Part shown: positions 24,343 to 25,385 of the stretch, piece after piece
Numbering within the stretch: the first letter of the stretch is position 1
Layout: every line of letters begins with the position of its first letter
Virus record (IMG/VR): IMGVR_UViG_3300035494_000240
Coordinates: 1 to 25,385 of that record
Source of the DNA: a virus
Lineage: Duplodnaviria; Caudoviricetes
Strand: one strand, 5' to 3'
Length of the DNA stretch: 25,385 nucleotides
The notes under the pieces: generated by a model
Database searches by the model: none
Told to the model about the DNA's origin: nothing
Seen by the model: only the letters and a program-made list of their open reading frames with translations
Translations under genes and position numbers: made by a program

Positions 24343-25385
24343 TGTTTTTCCCCGGACTCTTTGCCAGCACCCGATCAGGTGGAATCTCGGCGTCACCGAC
24401 GCAGAACTTCACCCAATGGGTCAGCTCAATGGGCGGCCGCCAAACGGCGGCAGGCACCATGGTGAATACCAAAAGCGCCCTGGCCGTCAGCGCTGTGCGT
24501 GCCTGTGTCACGCTGCTGGCCGAGTCGCTGGCGCAGCTGCCCTGTGAACTCTACCGCCGTGACGAAAACGGCGGCCGCACCCGGGCAACTGACCATCCGG
24601 TGTATGACCTGATCCACTCAGCCCCCAACCGCAAAGACACCTCGTTCGAATACTACGAACAGGCACAGGGCTGTCTGGGGCTGGAGGGCAACCACTATGC
24701 GCTGATCGAGCGTGACGGAGCCGGCTACCCGATCGAGTTGATTCCGGTGCACCCGAAAAAAGTGCAGGTGCTCAAGGGGCAAGACGGCATGCCGTACTAC
24801 CACCTGCCGGACCTGGGTGAAACACTGCCCATGCACATGGTTCACCACATCAAGTACTTCAGCCTTGACGGCTATGTGGGCTTGTCCCCGATCGAGACCA
24901 ACGCCGATGCGATCGGGCTGGCGCTGGCGACCGAGCAGCATGCAGCTGCCGTATTCCAGCGCGGTGCCACCATGTCGGGTGTGCTGGAGCGCCCGAGTGA
25001 AGCGCCCGCCATCAAAGACCAGGCCGCCATCGATCGATTGCTGGACAAGTTTACTGAGCGACATGCCGGTATCCGCAACATGTTCTCCGTTGCGCTGCTT
25101 CAGGAGGGCATGACCTACCGGCAGCTGGCCATGGACAACGAAAAGGCCCAGCTGTTGGAATCGCGCAACTTCGGCGTCAATGAAGTGTGCCGGCTATACA
25201 AGATCCCGCCGCACATGATCCAGCAGCTCGACAAGGCCACGTTCAGCAACATCGAGCACATGGGCCTGCAGTTCGTCATCTACACCTTGTTGGCCTGGGT
25301 GAAGCGACACGAAGCCGCCATGATGCGCGACTTGTTGCTGCCGGCTGAGCGCAAAAACCACTACATCGAATTCAACGTCAGCGGC
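24342..25385 (+). CDS. HK97-family portal protein (truncated by window end)
   Basis: My translation MFFPGLF...AVRACVTLLAESLAQLPCELYRR...GLSPIE...ATFSNIEH; open to the window end. Confidence 0.92.
   Translation, partial: MFFPGLFASTRSGGISASPTQNFTQWVSSMGGRQTAAGTMVNTKSALAVSAVRACVTLLAESLAQLPCELYRRDENGGRTRATDHPVYDLIHSAPNRKDTSFEYYEQAQGCLGLEGNHYALIERDGAGYPIELIPVHPKKVQVLKGQDGMPYYHLPDLGETLPMHMVHHIKYFSLDGYVGLSPIETNADAIGLALATEQHAAAVFQRGATMSGVLERPSEAPAIKDQAAIDRLLDKFTERHAGIRNMFSVALLQEGMTYRQLAMDNEKAQLLESRNFGVNEVCRLYKIPPHMIQQLDKATFSNIEHMGLQFVIYTLLAWVKRHEAAMMRDLLLPAERKNHYIEFNVSG

Larger units (their letters stand above)
988..25385. mobile_element. lambdoid/HK97-like prophage (partial; may extend left to include 1-962)
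   Basis: int-xis-recombination-immunity-replication-nin-lysis-head gene order; att sites not visible. Confidence 0.95.

Overview
Left and central part of a lambdoid, HK97-like temperate prophage from a GC-rich gammaproteobacterium (host not identifiable from the window). Order: a Panacea-antitoxin/MazF-like toxin pair beside the integrase; int and xis; a leftward early operon (C5 methyltransferase with four tandem TRD-like repeats, TraR-like Zn finger, FtsK-gamma-domain protein, DUF1351, RecT, RecE-like exonuclease, LuxR-like HTH); then OL/pL. About 3.9 kb of accessory DNA lies between OL and cI: a lipoprotein plus a DUF262 + HEPN pair converging on an M.HgiDII-like C5 methyltransferase, the best candidate for an uncharacterised defence system. 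Next come cI, OR and cro; a structured leader region with no recognisable cII; O/P-like replication genes with iterons; ninB, an MmcB-like nuclease, rusA, a Q-like gene and pR'; a lysis cassette lacking canonical spanins; and HNH, cos, terS, terL and a portal gene truncated by the window end. All family calls come from motif recognition by eye; no searches were run.
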